Below are positions 10,983 through 21,659 of a DNA stretch of 64,000 nucleotides, piece by piece. Location of the stretch: NCBI GenBank assembly GCA_027316835.1, contig DAHVFW010000001.1, positions 20,550 through 84,549 of the forward strand, written 5' to 3'. The DNA is from Ferrovum sp. Its GTDB lineage: Bacteria; Pseudomonadota; Gammaproteobacteria; Burkholderiales; Ferrovaceae. The notes beneath the pieces are model-generated. The model saw only the letters and a list, made by a program, of their open reading frames with translations. It did not search any database and was not told the origin of the DNA. Both the position numbers and the translations under genes were made by a program. Position 1 is the first letter of the stretch; each line of letters opens with the position of its first letter.

Positions 10983-12493
10983 GAACGATCCTCCAGCCAT
11001 GCACGGACGATCTGCACATCACTGAACGGCCTCGCTTCACCCCGTGCCAGAATCTGCATCGTTTCATGCCCTTTTCCCGCGATCAACACGACGTCCCCGG
11101 AACGAGCAGCCATCAACGCACCCCGAATGGCTTTGGCCCGATCTTCCTCGATGAGAAAAGGCGGGGCATCCATCCCTTTTTCGATCTGCTGGAGAATATG
11201 CCGTGGATCTTCATCGCGCGGGTTATCGCTGGTCAGGACGACTCGCTCTGCCCCCTGTTCTGCCACACGTCCCATCAATGGCCGTTTACCCTCGTCCCGT
11301 TCACCCCCGCAACCGAAGACCACCCATAGTTTTCCACCCCGCGCCACCCGACTGCGCAGGGTTTCCAGGGCTTGCCTCAATGCATCGGGAGTATGGGCAT
11401 AATCCACCACTACCCATGGATGAGTCCCTCCCCCAAAACCTTGCATGCGTCCTGCCGGCGCCACCAGGTGCGGAGTGGATTCTGCCAATACCGCCAGGGG
11501 AATCCCTTCCATCAAGGCCGCGCCCAACACCGCGAGCAAATTGGACAGGTTATAGTCCCCAAGGATGGGGGCCTCGATATGCGCCTTTCCCCAGGGACTG
11601 ACAAGTTCGAAACTCACTCCCCGAAGGGTCCAGTGAACGGAACCGGCCACCAGCCGATCGATCGCCAGATCTACCCGTGTCGTTCCGCGCGTATAACCGA
11701 TCACCCGGTGCGTGGTCTCTCCTTGCGTGTAAAGGGTTTTCGCAAAAGGGTCATCCAGATTGAGCAAGGCATAATCGAGATCGAAGGCATGAAAAAGACG
11801 CGCTTTGGCTTCCCCGTAAGCCTCCAACGTCCCGTGGTAATCCAGATGATCCCGGGTCAAATTGGTAAAGATCGCCCCGCAGAAAGTAACTCCGGCCACG
11901 CGCTCCTGCGCCAACGCATGAGACGACACTTCCATGACACAATGTTGCGCGCCCAGATCCCGTACTCGCGCCAACCATTCTTGTAATTGAATGGGGTCGG
12001 GGGTCGTATGGGTCGTGGGCATCAATTTTCCCGGAAAACCATTTCCCAGCGTACCGATCACTGCGCTGGAACGTCCCTGCCGTTCCAGTACCTGCGCCAA
12101 CCAGTGACTACAGGTGGTTTTTCCATTGGTCCCCGTCACTCCGGTAACTCGTAACGAGCGGGAAGGGTGCCCCCATTGTTGTCCCGCCAGAGCACTGATC
12201 TGGCCCCGCAGTCCCGATATGGGACGATGAGGAACAAACCACCCGCCCTCCCATTCAAAATGGTCGCTTTCCCACAACACATTGGCTGCACCGCGCGCAA
12301 TGGCCTCTGGAATGTAATGTCGTCCATCCTGAACTTCTCCGGGATAAGCCACAAAAGTTCCCCCGGCGCGGACCTTCCGACTGTCCGAGCACAGGTCCAG
12401 ACAACGCATTCCCTCAACCCAAACGGGTTCTGGCCTGACGAAATTTTTTCCGTCCAGGCCCGCTGTTTGCAGGATTTCTTTGGAAAGGCTCAT
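10979..12493 (-). CDS. murE: UDP-N-acetylmuramoyl-dipeptide--meso-DAP ligase
   Basis: TGTNGKTT, MEVSSH, TNLTRDHLDYH, DYAHTPDA, DNPR (DAP-specific motif), AGKGHE. Confidence 0.98.
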   Translation of the reverse strand: MSLSKEILQTAGLDGKNFVRPEPVWVEGMRCLDLCSDSRKVRAGGTFVAYPGEVQDGRHYIPEAIARGAANVLWESDHFEWEGGWFVPHRPISGLRGQISALAGQQWGHPSRSLRVTGVTGTNGKTTCSHWLAQVLERQGRSSAVIGTLGNGFPGKLMPTTHTTPDPIQLQEWLARVRDLGAQHCVMEVSSHALAQERVAGVTFCGAIFTNLTRDHLDYHGTLEAYGEAKARLFHAFDLDYALLNLDDPFAKTLYTQGETTHRVIGYTRGTTRVDLAIDRLVAGSVHWTLRGVSFELVSPWGKAHIEAPILGDYNLSNLLAVLGAALMEGIPLAVLAESTPHLVAPAGRMQGFGGGTHPWVVVDYAHTPDALRQALETLRSRVARGGKLWVVFGCGGERDEGKRPLMGRVAEQGAERVVLTSDNPRDEDPRHILQQIEKGMDAPPFLIEEDRAKAIRGALMAARSGDVVLIAGKGHETMQILARGEARPFSDVQIVRAWLEDRS

Positions 12494-14223
12494 GTACGTC
12501 CCCCGACAGAAGCAGGAGAACTGGCCATGATGGGGGGCTCCGGCGCATCGGGCGGAATGTCCAGAAGTTGCATGATTTCGCCGGTCAGCGCAGAAAACAC
12601 TGGCGCCGCCACCTGTCCCCCATAGTAACGGTTTCCGGCCGGTTCATCGATCATGACCGCCACCACGATGCGCGGTGCAGAGACAGGCGCAAAGCCGATG
12701 AAGGACGCCACATACTTGTTTACATAATGTCCCCGTGCGACCTTATGGGCCGTGCCGGTCTTACCTGCCACCCGGTAGCCTGCGACCCGTGCCTCAGGCG
12801 CCGTCCCTTCCGCACTCACCACAGTTTCGAGCATGGCTGTGACTTCCCGTGCCGTGCGCACGGACAATACTGAACGCCCTGAAGGAATGGCGTTCACCTT
12901 GATCAAGGAAAGAGGGCGCAAGATTCCATCATTGGGGAATACCGTATAAGCCCGCGCCATCTGCACCAAACTCACGCTCATGCCATTGCCAAAGGCCATC
13001 GTCGCTTGCTCGATGGGTTTCCAATCCTGGTAGGGACGCAGCCGTCCCCCTGCCTCTCCAGGAAAGCCGAGGCGAGGTTTCTGACCAAAGCCCACATCCG
13101 TAAAGAGATCCCACAGGGTGACCGGGGGCAGATCCAGGGCAATCCGTGCTGCACCCACATTGCTGGAATGTTCGATGACTTCGGAGACGGTATAAGATTC
13201 AGCCACATGATCATCATGAATCAGATGATTGGCGATGGCCAATACGCCTCCGTGGGTTGAAATGACCGTGTCGGGTCGAACCTTGCCCGCTTCCAGAGCT
13301 GCAGCAATGGTAAAGGGTTTGATGGTCGAACCCGGTTCATAGGTATCCGTAATGGCGCGGTTGCGTAATTCCGCCCCCGACAATGCCCCGCGTTGATTGG
13401 GATCATAGTCAGGGCTGTTGACCAGTGCCAACACTTCCCCGGTACGACTGTCCAGCACCACGATGGCCCCTGCCTTGGCATGACTGGATTCAATGGCCCG
13501 CTGAAGCTCACGCGCGGCCAGATGCTGGATGCGGGCGTCCACGCTCAGCGAGACATCTTGTCCCTGGCGCGGCGAGCGAATGTTTTCCACGTCTTCAATC
13601 ACATGCCCCGCTCGATCCCGAATCACCCGACGTGCGCCCGCCAGTCCCTCGAGTTGCGCTTGATACGTCAGTTCCACCCCTTCCTGACCCTTGTCATCCG
13701 CATCCGTAAAGCCCACCAGATGTGCCATTTCACTGGATTTTGGATAGGCTCGATGAAAACCATGCTGGAGATAGATCCCGGGGATCTTGAGATCCATCAC
13801 GCGCTTGGCCTCATCGAGCGGCAATTGCCGTTTCAGGTAGACGATCCCATCCTCTCCTTTCAAACGGCGCGCAATTTCCGCAGGATTTTCGTTCAAACAA
13901 TGAGCCAGCGCACGGCGTTGGGCCTCATCGATCTCGAGGTCCTCACGATTGGCCCAAACCGATACGGCAGGAATACTGATGGCCAGAGCCTGTCCATTGC
14001 GGTCCCGAATGATGCCCCGACTGGCGGGAATCGACAAAACCCGGCTGTACCGCTCTTCACCTTTCTGTTGCAGAAAACCCGCGTGTATCCCCTGCAACCA
14101 GAAGGCACGCATGCCCAACACCAAAAAACCACTCAACAACAACCCCTGGATCAGGAAGGAACGCCAGCGTTCCAATCGAATTTCCAGTTTCCCGACCTTG
14201 GGAATCCCCTTGCACACTTTCAT
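12490..14223 (-). CDS. ftsI: Septal transpeptidase FtsI (PBP3)
   Basis: RGIIRDRNG, EPGSTIK (SxxK), SSN (SxN), KTGT motifs. Confidence 0.97.
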   Translation of the reverse strand: MKVCKGIPKVGKLEIRLERWRSFLIQGLLLSGFLVLGMRAFWLQGIHAGFLQQKGEERYSRVLSIPASRGIIRDRNGQALAISIPAVSVWANREDLEIDEAQRRALAHCLNENPAEIARRLKGEDGIVYLKRQLPLDEAKRVMDLKIPGIYLQHGFHRAYPKSSEMAHLVGFTDADDKGQEGVELTYQAQLEGLAGARRVIRDRAGHVIEDVENIRSPRQGQDVSLSVDARIQHLAARELQRAIESSHAKAGAIVVLDSRTGEVLALVNSPDYDPNQRGALSGAELRNRAITDTYEPGSTIKPFTIAAALEAGKVRPDTVISTHGGVLAIANHLIHDDHVAESYTVSEVIEHSSNVGAARIALDLPPVTLWDLFTDVGFGQKPRLGFPGEAGGRLRPYQDWKPIEQATMAFGNGMSVSLVQMARAYTVFPNDGILRPLSLIKVNAIPSGRSVLSVRTAREVTAMLETVVSAEGTAPEARVAGYRVAGKTGTAHKVARGHYVNKYVASFIGFAPVSAPRIVVAVMIDEPAGNRYYGGQVAAPVFSALTGEIMQLLDIPPDAPEPPIMASSPASVGGRT

Positions 14224-14507
14224 CGTGTCTCACCCCCGCTCAGCGGAGCCACCACCAGCAAATGTTTCTGGGCGGGAGTGGGCAACTGCATACCGAGTTC
14301 ATGCAAGGCATGTGCTTCGATGCGATGGCTGGCGGAAAGCGTACCCTCCTCGATCTGCAACTGATCGCCCTCGGTTTGCAACTGCACCTGATGGTCCTTT
14401 TCCTGCTGCAAATCGATATACCGACGGCGAGTCTCCTGCTGGCCCTGGATCACTCCCAAAGCCAGGCTCATGACCAACAGAAAGAGCAGTCCATCCCTTC
14501 GTGTCAT
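14220..14507 (-). CDS. ftsL: Cell division protein FtsL
   Basis: Short N-terminal TM helix followed by a coiled coil; position between rsmH and ftsI. Confidence 0.9.
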   Translation of the reverse strand: MTRRDGLLFLLVMSLALGVIQGQQETRRRYIDLQQEKDHQVQLQTEGDQLQIEEGTLSASHRIEAHALHELGMQLPTPAQKHLLVVAPLSGGETR

Positions 14508-15451
14508 GATGCGTCCGTCCTTTCCGCGACGCGCAGGATGGCGCTCCGGCTGCGCGGATTACGGGCCACTTCAACACGGCTGGCACGTTGGGCCCGTCCC
14601 ACCAAGCGCAAAGGCGGCGCAGGTCGCTCGGCTTCACGCACAGCCATGCCCCGAGGAATCTCTGGTGGACGAGAATGACCCTGAAAATACTGTTTGACGA
14701 TCCGATCTTCAAGCGAGTGGAAACTGATGATGGCCAGACGCCCTCCGCTCTTCAACAGATGCAGTGCCTGGGGAAGCACCGCCGCCAATTCATCCAGTTC
14801 GCGGTTGATATGCAGGCGAATCGCCTGAAATGTACGCGTTGCCGGGTCCTGTCCTACTTCCCGCGTGCGCACGGCCATAGCCACGATCTGAGCCAGTTGA
14901 CGCGTGGTTTCGAGTGGGCGCTGGGCGCGGGCCTGAATAATGGCGTGGGCCACCTGACGGGCGAAACGCTCCTCGCCCAGCGTGTGAATGACCTCGGCCA
15001 GTTCTTTTTCACCCACTTGATTGAGCCAGGCAGCGGCCGTCATCCCCTCGCTCGGGTCCATCCGCATATCGAGGGGACCTTCCTGACGGAAACTGAATCC
15101 ACGCTCAGCCTGATCCAGTTGGGGTGAAGATACCCCCAGATCCAGAAGTATTCCATCCACCTCCGTAACCTCCAGTGAGAGAAGGACGTCTTCCAGTTGG
15201 GAGAATCGTGCCTGACGCAGAATCATGCGGGAATCCTGCAGTGCTCGTCGGCCTGCGGCGATGGCCGCCGGGTCCCGATCCAGCGCCACGACTCGGCCGG
15301 TTGGGGCCATTTCCTGCAAAATGCGCTGACTATGCCCGCCTCGTCCAAAGGTACCATCTACATAAATGCCCCCCGGACGCAGGTTGAGCGCCTGCACCGC
15401 TTCCTGGAGCAGGACACTGTGATGACCGTCTGAATTGAATGACTGGGCCAT
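14504..15451 (-). CDS. rsmH: 16S rRNA m4C1402 methyltransferase RsmH (MraW)
   Basis: HHSVLL, DGTFGRGGHS, DLGVSSPQLD, GPLDMRMD, FHSLEDRIVK, NPRSRSA; ATG at 15451. Confidence 0.98.
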   Translation of the reverse strand: MAQSFNSDGHHSVLLQEAVQALNLRPGGIYVDGTFGRGGHSQRILQEMAPTGRVVALDRDPAAIAAGRRALQDSRMILRQARFSQLEDVLLSLEVTEVDGILLDLGVSSPQLDQAERGFSFRQEGPLDMRMDPSEGMTAAAWLNQVGEKELAEVIHTLGEERFARQVAHAIIQARAQRPLETTRQLAQIVAMAVRTREVGQDPATRTFQAIRLHINRELDELAAVLPQALHLLKSGGRLAIISFHSLEDRIVKQYFQGHSRPPEIPRGMAVREAERPAPPLRLVGRAQRASRVEVARNPRSRSAILRVAERTDAS

Positions 15452-15456
15452 GTGAA

Positions 15457-15906
15457 TCAGAAAGAAAGAGATTCCAGGCCAACGGGCACCAAGCCGGCCC
15501 CCAGACGCTCGATTTCGGCAAACTGTTCTTCCCAGGCAGGCGGCGCCCACAATTTGAAGTGACTACCCTGTCCAAACATCATCACCTCACGTTCGATGCG
15601 TGAAAAACGACGCAGGGCTGGGGACACCAATACCCGTCCGGCACTGTCCATTTCCACATCATCTGCATGTCCCACCAATAACCCCTGAAGCAGGGTGGTT
15701 TGACGGTCCAAACCAGAAGTTTTCATGATGGCATCCCGAATGGGTTCCCAAGCGGGACGAGGATAGAGGAGAAGGCATCGATGGGGATGGGCAGTAATCA
15801 CCAATTGTCCTTCCGATTGGGCACGAAGAATTTCGCGGTAGCGAGTGGGGATCGCCAGCCGGCCTTTGGAATCCAGGCTGATTTCTGATGGCCCTTGGAA
15901 CAACAC
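15457..15906 (-). CDS. mraZ: Transcriptional regulator MraZ (GTG 15906 or TTG 15903 start)
   Basis: FQGPSEISLDSKGRLAIP and MDSAGRVLV (two DxxGR repeats); first gene of the dcw cluster. Confidence 0.96.
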   Translation of the reverse strand: MLFQGPSEISLDSKGRLAIPTRYREILRAQSEGQLVITAHPHRCLLLYPRPAWEPIRDAIMKTSGLDRQTTLLQGLLVGHADDVEMDSAGRVLVSPALRRFSRIEREVMMFGQGSHFKLWAPPAWEEQFAEIERLGAGLVPVGLESLSF

Positions 15907-15930
15907 ACCCCCCCAACCGGAAAAGTTCCC

Positions 15931-15965
15931 CCCACAAATTCCCATTAATTCCTACTTTTCGCCAC
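15931..15965 (-). promoter_or_regulatory. MraZ-binding direct repeats
   Basis: Four pentamers at exact 10-bp period on the minus strand: GTGGC(15961-65), GTAGG(15951-55), ATGGG(15941-45), GTGGG(15931-35); resembles the TGGGN repeats bound by MraZ upstream of mraZ. Confidence 0.8.
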
Positions 15966-15992
15966 TATAGGCTAAGCCATGATGCCGGTCAA
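15964..15992 (-). promoter_or_regulatory. sigma70 promoter of the dcw operon
   Basis: Minus strand TTGACC-N17-TATAGT (-35 at 15987-15992, -10 at 15964-15969). Confidence 0.8.
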
Positions 15993-16053
15993 GGGAGAAA
16001 CCTCTCAAAAAACCAAAGGATGGGAACCATTTTTTACAGGTCAGACTCTGAAC

Positions 16054-16083
16054 TTGCAAATAGGAAGCATTCTCGTTTAAAAT
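16054..16083 (+). promoter_or_regulatory. feoA promoter with overlapping Fur-like box
   Basis: TTGCAA-N18-TAAAAT; GCAAATAGGAAGCATTCTC (16056-16074) matches 12/19 of the Fur consensus GATAATGATAATCATTATC; upstream of a ferrous iron uptake operon. Confidence 0.6.
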
Positions 16084-16108
16084 ATCCCCAGAGGGGGCTT
16101 GTACATCC

Positions 16109-16381
16109 ATGAAGAATAGAATCTTTCGCGTCACCCATATGGCTCCAGGAGAATCCGGCACCATTACTCAGGTCAGCCTGGACGAGGGAGCGGATGTCCG
16201 TCTGGGCGAGGATGGCGTGCGCCGCCTCGTGGAACTGGGCTTCATCCCGGGAGAGCATCTGCGTGTAATCCGGCGTGGTTTCCCCAGCGGGGACCCCATT
16301 GCCGTACGGGTGGGAAACTCCACTTTCGCCTTGCGCAGAACCGAAGCGGCAGCAATCAAGGTCATCCGGGACGACGCATGA
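16109..16381 (+). CDS. feoA: Ferrous iron transport protein A
   Basis: RRLVELGFIPGE...GDPIAVRVGNSTFALRRTEA SH3-like FeoA pattern; stop overlaps feoB start. Confidence 0.95.
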   Translation: MKNRIFRVTHMAPGESGTITQVSLDEGADVRLGEDGVRRLVELGFIPGEHLRVIRRGFPSGDPIAVRVGNSTFALRRTEAAAIKVIRDDA

Positions 16382-18243
16382 GTCATTCCACGGTTGCCGC
16401 GCTGGTCGGAGCCCCTAATTGCGGGAAAACCGCCCTGTTCAACCGACTCACGGGAAGCCACCAAAAAGTGGCCAACTATGCAGGCGTCACCGTGGAACGC
16501 AAGGAAGGCTTTCTCACGTCGCCTCAAGGCAAACGAATTCAAATCGTGGACTTGCCAGGCACCTATAGCCTGACCCCCACTTCTCTCGATGAATCCATCA
16601 CGCGCCGGGCCGTTCTGGGTCAGTTACAGGAGGAAGCCCCGCCGGAGTTGCTGGTCTGCGTGGTGGATGCCACCAACCTGCGTCTGCACCTGCGCCTGGT
16701 GCTGGAACTGAAGCGTCTGGGCCGCCCTCTGGTTCTGGCCCTCAACATGATGGATCTGGCGCGCAGCCATGGCATTCTCATCGATGTTCCCGCCTTGTCC
16801 CGCGAGCTCGATCTGCCCGTGGTGGAAACCGTCGCGGTAGACAGTGGAGGGGCAGCCAATCTGGTGGCCTTCATCGACCAAAACACGCCTTTCGCCATCC
16901 CTGCCGGACTCGTTGCCTGGAAAGATCCGAACCCGCAGGAACTGCAGTCCATTCAACTGCGCGTACGCGCCATTCTGGCAGCGACTTGTGATGAATCCAA
17001 GCGCGATGACCACTGGAACGAGCGTATCGATCGGGTGATCATGCATCCCTTGTGGGGAATGCTCATTCTCGCCCTGGTCCTGTTCCTGACTTTTCAGGCA
17101 GTCTTCACCTGGGCCACCATTCCCATGGACCTGATCAAGGGAATGGTCGGGATGGCCGTGAACTGGGTACACCAAATCTTTCCCCCGGGCCTGTTGCGCA
17201 GCCTTCTGGCCGATGGAGTCCTGAATGGTGCCGGCAGTGTATTGATGTTCCTGCCCCAAATCCTGATTCTGTTTGCCTTCATCCTGGCTTTGGAAGACTC
17301 GGGCTACCTGCCTCGGGCTGCTTTCCTGCTGGACCGCGTCATGGGTACCGTCGGTTTGTCCGGTCGTTCCTTCATCCCGCTTCTGTCAAGTTTTGCCTGT
17401 GCCATTCCCGGCATCATGGCCACGCGCACCATTCAAAACCCAAAGGATCGCCTGACCACCATCCTGATTGCGCCCCTGATGACATGTTCGGCCCGTCTTC
17501 CCGTCTACGCCCTATTGATTTCAGCATTCATTCCCAATCGTCCGGTACTGGGCCTGTTCAACCTGCAAGGCGTGGTTCTGTTCCTCCTTTACTGTGCGGG
17601 AATCCTTTCGGCCATGGGCATTGCCCTGATCATGAAACAACGTACCCGTCATCGTTACCAAGCCTTGATGATGGAACTCCCTGCCTACCGCTTGCCCAAC
17701 CTGCGCAATCTGGTCATGGGTCTGGTAGAACGAGGGGCTCTGTTCGTCACGCGCACGGGCACCATCATCCTGCCCATCACCATTGTCATCTGGTTTTTGA
17801 GTGCTTTCCCTCCCCCTCCCGCAGGTCTGGTCGGCCCCGCCATCCGCCACAGTTTTGCAGGCATGATCGGCCAGGTCCTCGGGGGGGTTTTTGCACCCAT
17901 CGGATTCAACTGGCAAATCTGTATTGCGCTGATTCCGGGAATGGTCGCCCGAGAAGTGGCGGTAGGGGCCTTGGGCACGGTTTATTCCCTATCGAGTGAC
18001 GGAGGCAACAGCGTCAGCGACGCGCTCGCCCCCGTGCTCGCTCATTCCTGGAGTTTGCCGACGGCTCTGGCCTTGCTGACCTGGTACGTCTATGCACCCC
18101 AATGTGTCGCCACCTTGAGTGCGGTACGGCGTGAAACCGGTTCCTGGCGAATCCCCTCTCTCATGCTCGCCTATCTCTTCGGACTGGCTTACGGAGGTGC
18201 CTTCGTTACCTATCATGTCGCATTGGCCTTCACAGGAGAATAA
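16378..18243 (+). CDS. feoB: Ferrous iron transporter B
   Basis: GAPNCGKT, VANYAGVTVE, DLPGTYSL, NMMD GTPase motifs; Gate motifs SFACAIPGIMATR and TCSARLPVY. Confidence 0.97.
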   Translation: MSHSTVAALVGAPNCGKTALFNRLTGSHQKVANYAGVTVERKEGFLTSPQGKRIQIVDLPGTYSLTPTSLDESITRRAVLGQLQEEAPPELLVCVVDATNLRLHLRLVLELKRLGRPLVLALNMMDLARSHGILIDVPALSRELDLPVVETVAVDSGGAANLVAFIDQNTPFAIPAGLVAWKDPNPQELQSIQLRVRAILAATCDESKRDDHWNERIDRVIMHPLWGMLILALVLFLTFQAVFTWATIPMDLIKGMVGMAVNWVHQIFPPGLLRSLLADGVLNGAGSVLMFLPQILILFAFILALEDSGYLPRAAFLLDRVMGTVGLSGRSFIPLLSSFACAIPGIMATRTIQNPKDRLTTILIAPLMTCSARLPVYALLISAFIPNRPVLGLFNLQGVVLFLLYCAGILSAMGIALIMKQRTRHRYQALMMELPAYRLPNLRNLVMGLVERGALFVTRTGTIILPITIVIWFLSAFPPPPAGLVGPAIRHSFAGMIGQVLGGVFAPIGFNWQICIALIPGMVAREVAVGALGTVYSLSSDGGNSVSDALAPVLAHSWSLPTALALLTWYVYAPQCVATLSAVRRETGSWRIPSLMLAYLFGLAYGGAFVTYHVALAFTGE

Positions 18244-18245
18244 CC

Positions 18246-18380
18246 ATGTGGGATACCCTGATCACCCTGGCCATCGTGGCCGCCGCCATCGTTTACTCGA
18301 TACGCCGTGTCTTTTTCAGTTCCCATTGTGCAGGCAAGGACTGCAAAAGGTGCAGTCCCCCCACGAAATCCGTTCACTGA
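18246..18380 (+). CDS. FeoB-associated Cys-rich small membrane protein (44 aa; below the ORF-track cutoff)
   Basis: Hand translation MWDTLITLAIVAAAIVYSIRRVFFSSHCAGKDCKRCSPPTKSVH: TM helix plus C-x4-C-x2-C, starting 2 bp after the feoB stop. Confidence 0.75.
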   Translation: MWDTLITLAIVAAAIVYSIRRVFFSSHCAGKDCKRCSPPTKSVH

Positions 18381-18390
18381 ACCCAAATAA

Positions 18391-18747
18391 GGTGGGAAAG
18401 TCGATCTATAAGCCGGGTTCTGTCGAGGACAGTCATTCCTCTAGGCCGTCAGTTACCTGACGGCTCCAGCAACCTACCCGGAAGCAGCGCGAGCCACGCC
18501 AACGCTTCCCTATTTGGTCTTGCTCCGGATGGGGTTTAACTTGCCGTCAGCGTTACCGCCTCCGCGGTGCGCTCTTACCGCACCTTTTCACCCTTGCCGT
18601 CATCCTTGCGGATGCTTGGGCGGTTTAAGTCTCTGTATCACTTTCCATGGCCTCGCGACCTCCGGCCGTTAGCCGGCATCCCGCTCTGTGGAGCCCGGAC
18701 TTTCCTCCCCGGGATGAATCCCGCGGCGACTGTCCAATCAACTTCCC
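18391..18747 (-). ncRNA. rnpB: RNase P RNA (bacterial class A)
   Basis: Minus strand has GAGGAAAGTCCGGGCTCCACAG near the 5' end and ACAGAACCCGGCTTAT near the 3' end; P1 pairing GGGAAGTTGAT / ATCGACTTTCCC followed by ACC. Confidence 0.97.
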
Positions 18748-19802
18748 CGCTCTATTCTACCAGAGGGAAGTACCTGCCAGTCCAGAATTTCTCCCGCACC
18801 CAGAGGAACCAGGGTTTGGTCTTCAAAGCCTTGGGTAAGAGGCACCGTCCAGGGTTGGCGAATCAGGGTCACCGATTCGGAATTACGGGGCACACGGTAG
18901 AAATCGGCCCCGAAATGACTGGCAAACCCTTCCAGTTTGTCCAATGCCCCCAGGGTATCGAATACCTGCGCGTAAAACGGCAAGGCCACCGGTGCGCTGT
19001 AGATACCGGCACAACCGCAGGCGGTTTCCTTGCTCTGCCGTTCATGGGGTGCGCTGTCGGTACCCAGAAAGAAACGAGGGTGCCCCTTGGCCACGATGGC
19101 GCACAACGCCTGACGATGCTCTTCCCGCTTGAGCACCGGTAGGCAATAGTAATGGGGCCGAATTCCACCTTGAAACAATGCGTTTCGGTTATAAAGCAAA
19201 TGCTGGGGGGTCACCGTTGCCGCCACCCCGGTGCCGGCTTGCCGAACAAAATCCACGGCGGCGCGCGTGGTGATGTGTTCAAACACCACGCGCAAATCCG
19301 GATGACGGTCCAGCAAAGGGATTAACTCACGCTCGATGAATACGGCTTCACGGTCAAAAACGTCCACGCCAGGATCGGTCACTTCCCCGTGGACCTGCAG
19401 AGGCATCCCAGTCTCCGCCAAAGCCCTCAACACCCCGTCACAACGCTTCAGGTCGCGCACCCCCGCGTCCGAATGCGTCGTGGCTCCTTGCGGATAGTAC
19501 TTGAAGCCCACCACGAACCCACTGGTCTGCGCGGCTTCCACTTCGCCCGGTGCCGTCGACTCCGTCAGATACAGGGAGAGCAGCGGGGTACACCCTACAC
19601 CCTCCGGCAAAGCCGCCAGAATTCGCTCCCGATAAGCGGACGCCCTTACCACCGTGGTCACCGGGGGGTTGAGGTTGGGCATGGCCATGATGCGCCCAAA
19701 TACCCGTGCTGAAGGCGGAACTACCGCACGCAACATCACTCCATCGCGCAGATGCAGATGCCAATCATCCGGCCGGGTCAAAGTCAACGTTTCCATCTTC
19801 AT
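18738..19802 (-). CDS. pyrC: Dihydroorotase (homodimeric type)
   Basis: [46 protein letters not shown]; ATG overlaps glmS stop (ATGA). Confidence 0.97.
   Translation of the reverse strand: MKMETLTLTRPDDWHLHLRDGVMLRAVVPPSARVFGRIMAMPNLNPPVTTVVRASAYRERILAALPEGVGCTPLLSLYLTESTAPGEVEAAQTSGFVVGFKYYPQGATTHSDAGVRDLKRCDGVLRALAETGMPLQVHGEVTDPGVDVFDREAVFIERELIPLLDRHPDLRVVFEHITTRAAVDFVRQAGTGVAATVTPQHLLYNRNALFQGGIRPHYYCLPVLKREEHRQALCAIVAKGHPRFFLGTDSAPHERQSKETACGCAGIYSAPVALPFYAQVFDTLGALDKLEGFASHFGADFYRVPRNSESVTLIRQPWTVPLTQGFEDQTLVPLGAGEILDWQVLPSGRIERGS
18754..18762 (-). promoter_or_regulatory. Extended -10 promoter for rnpB inside the last codons of pyrC
   Basis: TG-G-TAGAAT about 6 nt upstream of the P1 helix start. 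Confidence 0.55.
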
Positions 19803-21628
19803 TCCACCGTCACGCTCTTGGCCAAATTTCGTGGTTTGTCCACATCGGCTCCTCGCAGGCACGCGGTATGATAGGCCAGCAGTTGCAGAGGCACCACATG
19901 GACCACCGGACTCAGGATCCCCTCATGGTCCGGAAGCCGAATCACATGAATCCCCTCGGAAGGAGAAAAATGGCTGTCATTGTCTGCCAGCACATACAAT
20001 TCCCCCCCCCGAGCGCGCACCTCCTGCAGGTTGGACTTGAGTTTCTCGAGCAGATCATCGTTGGGCGCCACAGCCACCACTGGCATGTCTCCATCCACCA
20101 GAGCCAGCGGTCCATGCTTGAGTTCTCCAGCCGCATAGGCTTCGGCGTGGATGTAGGAAATCTCCTTGAGTTTGAGTGATCCTTCCAGAGCGATGGGGTA
20201 ATGGGCTCCACGACCCAAAAAGAGGGCATGCTGTTTGTGACAGAAATGTTCTGCCCAGAGCCGCAACTGGGGTTCCAGATTCAGCACATGCTGCACCTTG
20301 TTGGGCAGACGTCGCAACGCATCGAGGTACGATAACTCTGCCGTTTCGGTCAGCACCTGTCGCGTCTTGGCCAGCGTCACCGCCAAGGCAAACAGGACCA
20401 CCAGTTGGGTGGTAAAGGCTTTGGTGGAGGCCACCCCGATTTCCATTCCGGCACGGGTCAGGAAAGAAAACGTGGATTGGCGCACCAATGCACTTTCCGG
20501 CACATTGCAAATGGTCAGGGAATGGTGCATTCCGAGGGATTGGGCATGTTTCAGGGCAGCCAGGGTATCCGCCGTTTCTCCCGACTGGGAAATGGTTATC
20601 ACCAAGGTTTCCGGGTCAGGCACTGAAGTCCGATAGCGATATTCGCTGGCGATTTCCGCCCGACAGGGGATACATGCAATGGCCTCCACCCAGTAACATG
20701 CCACCAGAGCCGCATGATAACTGGTACCGCAGGCCAATATCAGGACATTCCGCACCCCGGAAAAACATTCCCGAGCGCCTGCACCAAACAAGTCGGGAGT
20801 GAAACCCTGCTTCAGAATCGGCTCCAGCGTATCCGTCAGAGCACGGGGTTGTTCCGCAATCTCCTTTTGCATGTAGTGGTCGTAGAGACCGAGTTCTGCT
20901 GTTTCAGGTGAAAGTTGGCTGATGCGTTCCTGGCGATTCAGTGGCTCCCCCTGCAGAGTCATCACGCAATAACCGGCGGGAGTTATTTCCACCACGTCCC
21001 CGTCCTCCAGGTAGAGCATGCGCCGGGTATGGGCGATCAAAGCCGCCGCATCGGACGCAAGAAAGGTCTCACCCTCGCCGAGTCCCAACAGGAGAGGACT
21101 TCCCTTGCGCGCCGCCAGCAGCAGATCAGGATGCGTCCGGGAAATCAGGGCAATGGCATAAGCGCCCTCCAATTGCTCGAGGGCAGCACGAAAAGCCTGG
21201 CCAAGGTCGGGCTGTTGGCGCGCATGAAAATGCACCAGATGCGCTATCACTTCCGTATCGGTATCGGATTCAAAAACATAATCCTGCGCTTGCAGAAATT
21301 GGCGCAGAAACTCGTGGTTTTCTATGATGCCGTTATGCACGACCACCATCCCGTCACAACTTTGGTGGGGATGGGCATTCCGAATACTGGGAACGCCATG
21401 AGTGGCCCAGCGAGTATGCGCGATGCCCATTCGACCGACCAGTCCCATCGCCGCCACTTCCCGAGCCAACTCACTGACCCGCCCCGTGCTGCGCACACGC
21501 TTCAATTGGCCCGAATCCAGCACCGCCAAGCCCGCCGAATCGTAACCCCGGTATTCCAGGCGCTTGAGACCCTCGATCAATATCGGCACGATGTCCCGGC
21601 GTGCCAGTGCTCCCACGATGCCACACAT
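19799..21628 (-). CDS. glmS: Glutamine--fructose-6-phosphate transaminase
   Basis: MCGIVG N-terminal Cys, [40 protein letters not shown]. Confidence 0.99.
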   Translation of the reverse strand: MCGIVGALARRDIVPILIEGLKRLEYRGYDSAGLAVLDSGQLKRVRSTGRVSELAREVAAMGLVGRMGIAHTRWATHGVPSIRNAHPHQSCDGMVVVHNGIIENHEFLRQFLQAQDYVFESDTDTEVIAHLVHFHARQQPDLGQAFRAALEQLEGAYAIALISRTHPDLLLAARKGSPLLLGLGEGETFLASDAAALIAHTRRMLYLEDGDVVEITPAGYCVMTLQGEPLNRQERISQLSPETAELGLYDHYMQKEIAEQPRALTDTLEPILKQGFTPDLFGAGARECFSGVRNVLILACGTSYHAALVACYWVEAIACIPCRAEIASEYRYRTSVPDPETLVITISQSGETADTLAALKHAQSLGMHHSLTICNVPESALVRQSTFSFLTRAGMEIGVASTKAFTTQLVVLFALAVTLAKTRQVLTETAELSYLDALRRLPNKVQHVLNLEPQLRLWAEHFCHKQHALFLGRGAHYPIALEGSLKLKEISYIHAEAYAAGELKHGPLALVDGDMPVVAVAPNDDLLEKLKSNLQEVRARGGELYVLADNDSHFSPSEGIHVIRLPDHEGILSPVVHVVPLQLLAYHTACLRGADVDKPRNLAKSVTVE

Positions 21629-21659
21629 GATCCCTCTCCCGTTTTAACGAATTCAGGGC

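Noticed and set aside
18119-19142. ORFs 18119-18460 and 18567-19142 on the + strand
   Set aside because: They lie antisense to rnpB and pyrC; the real small gene is 18246-18380 in another frame
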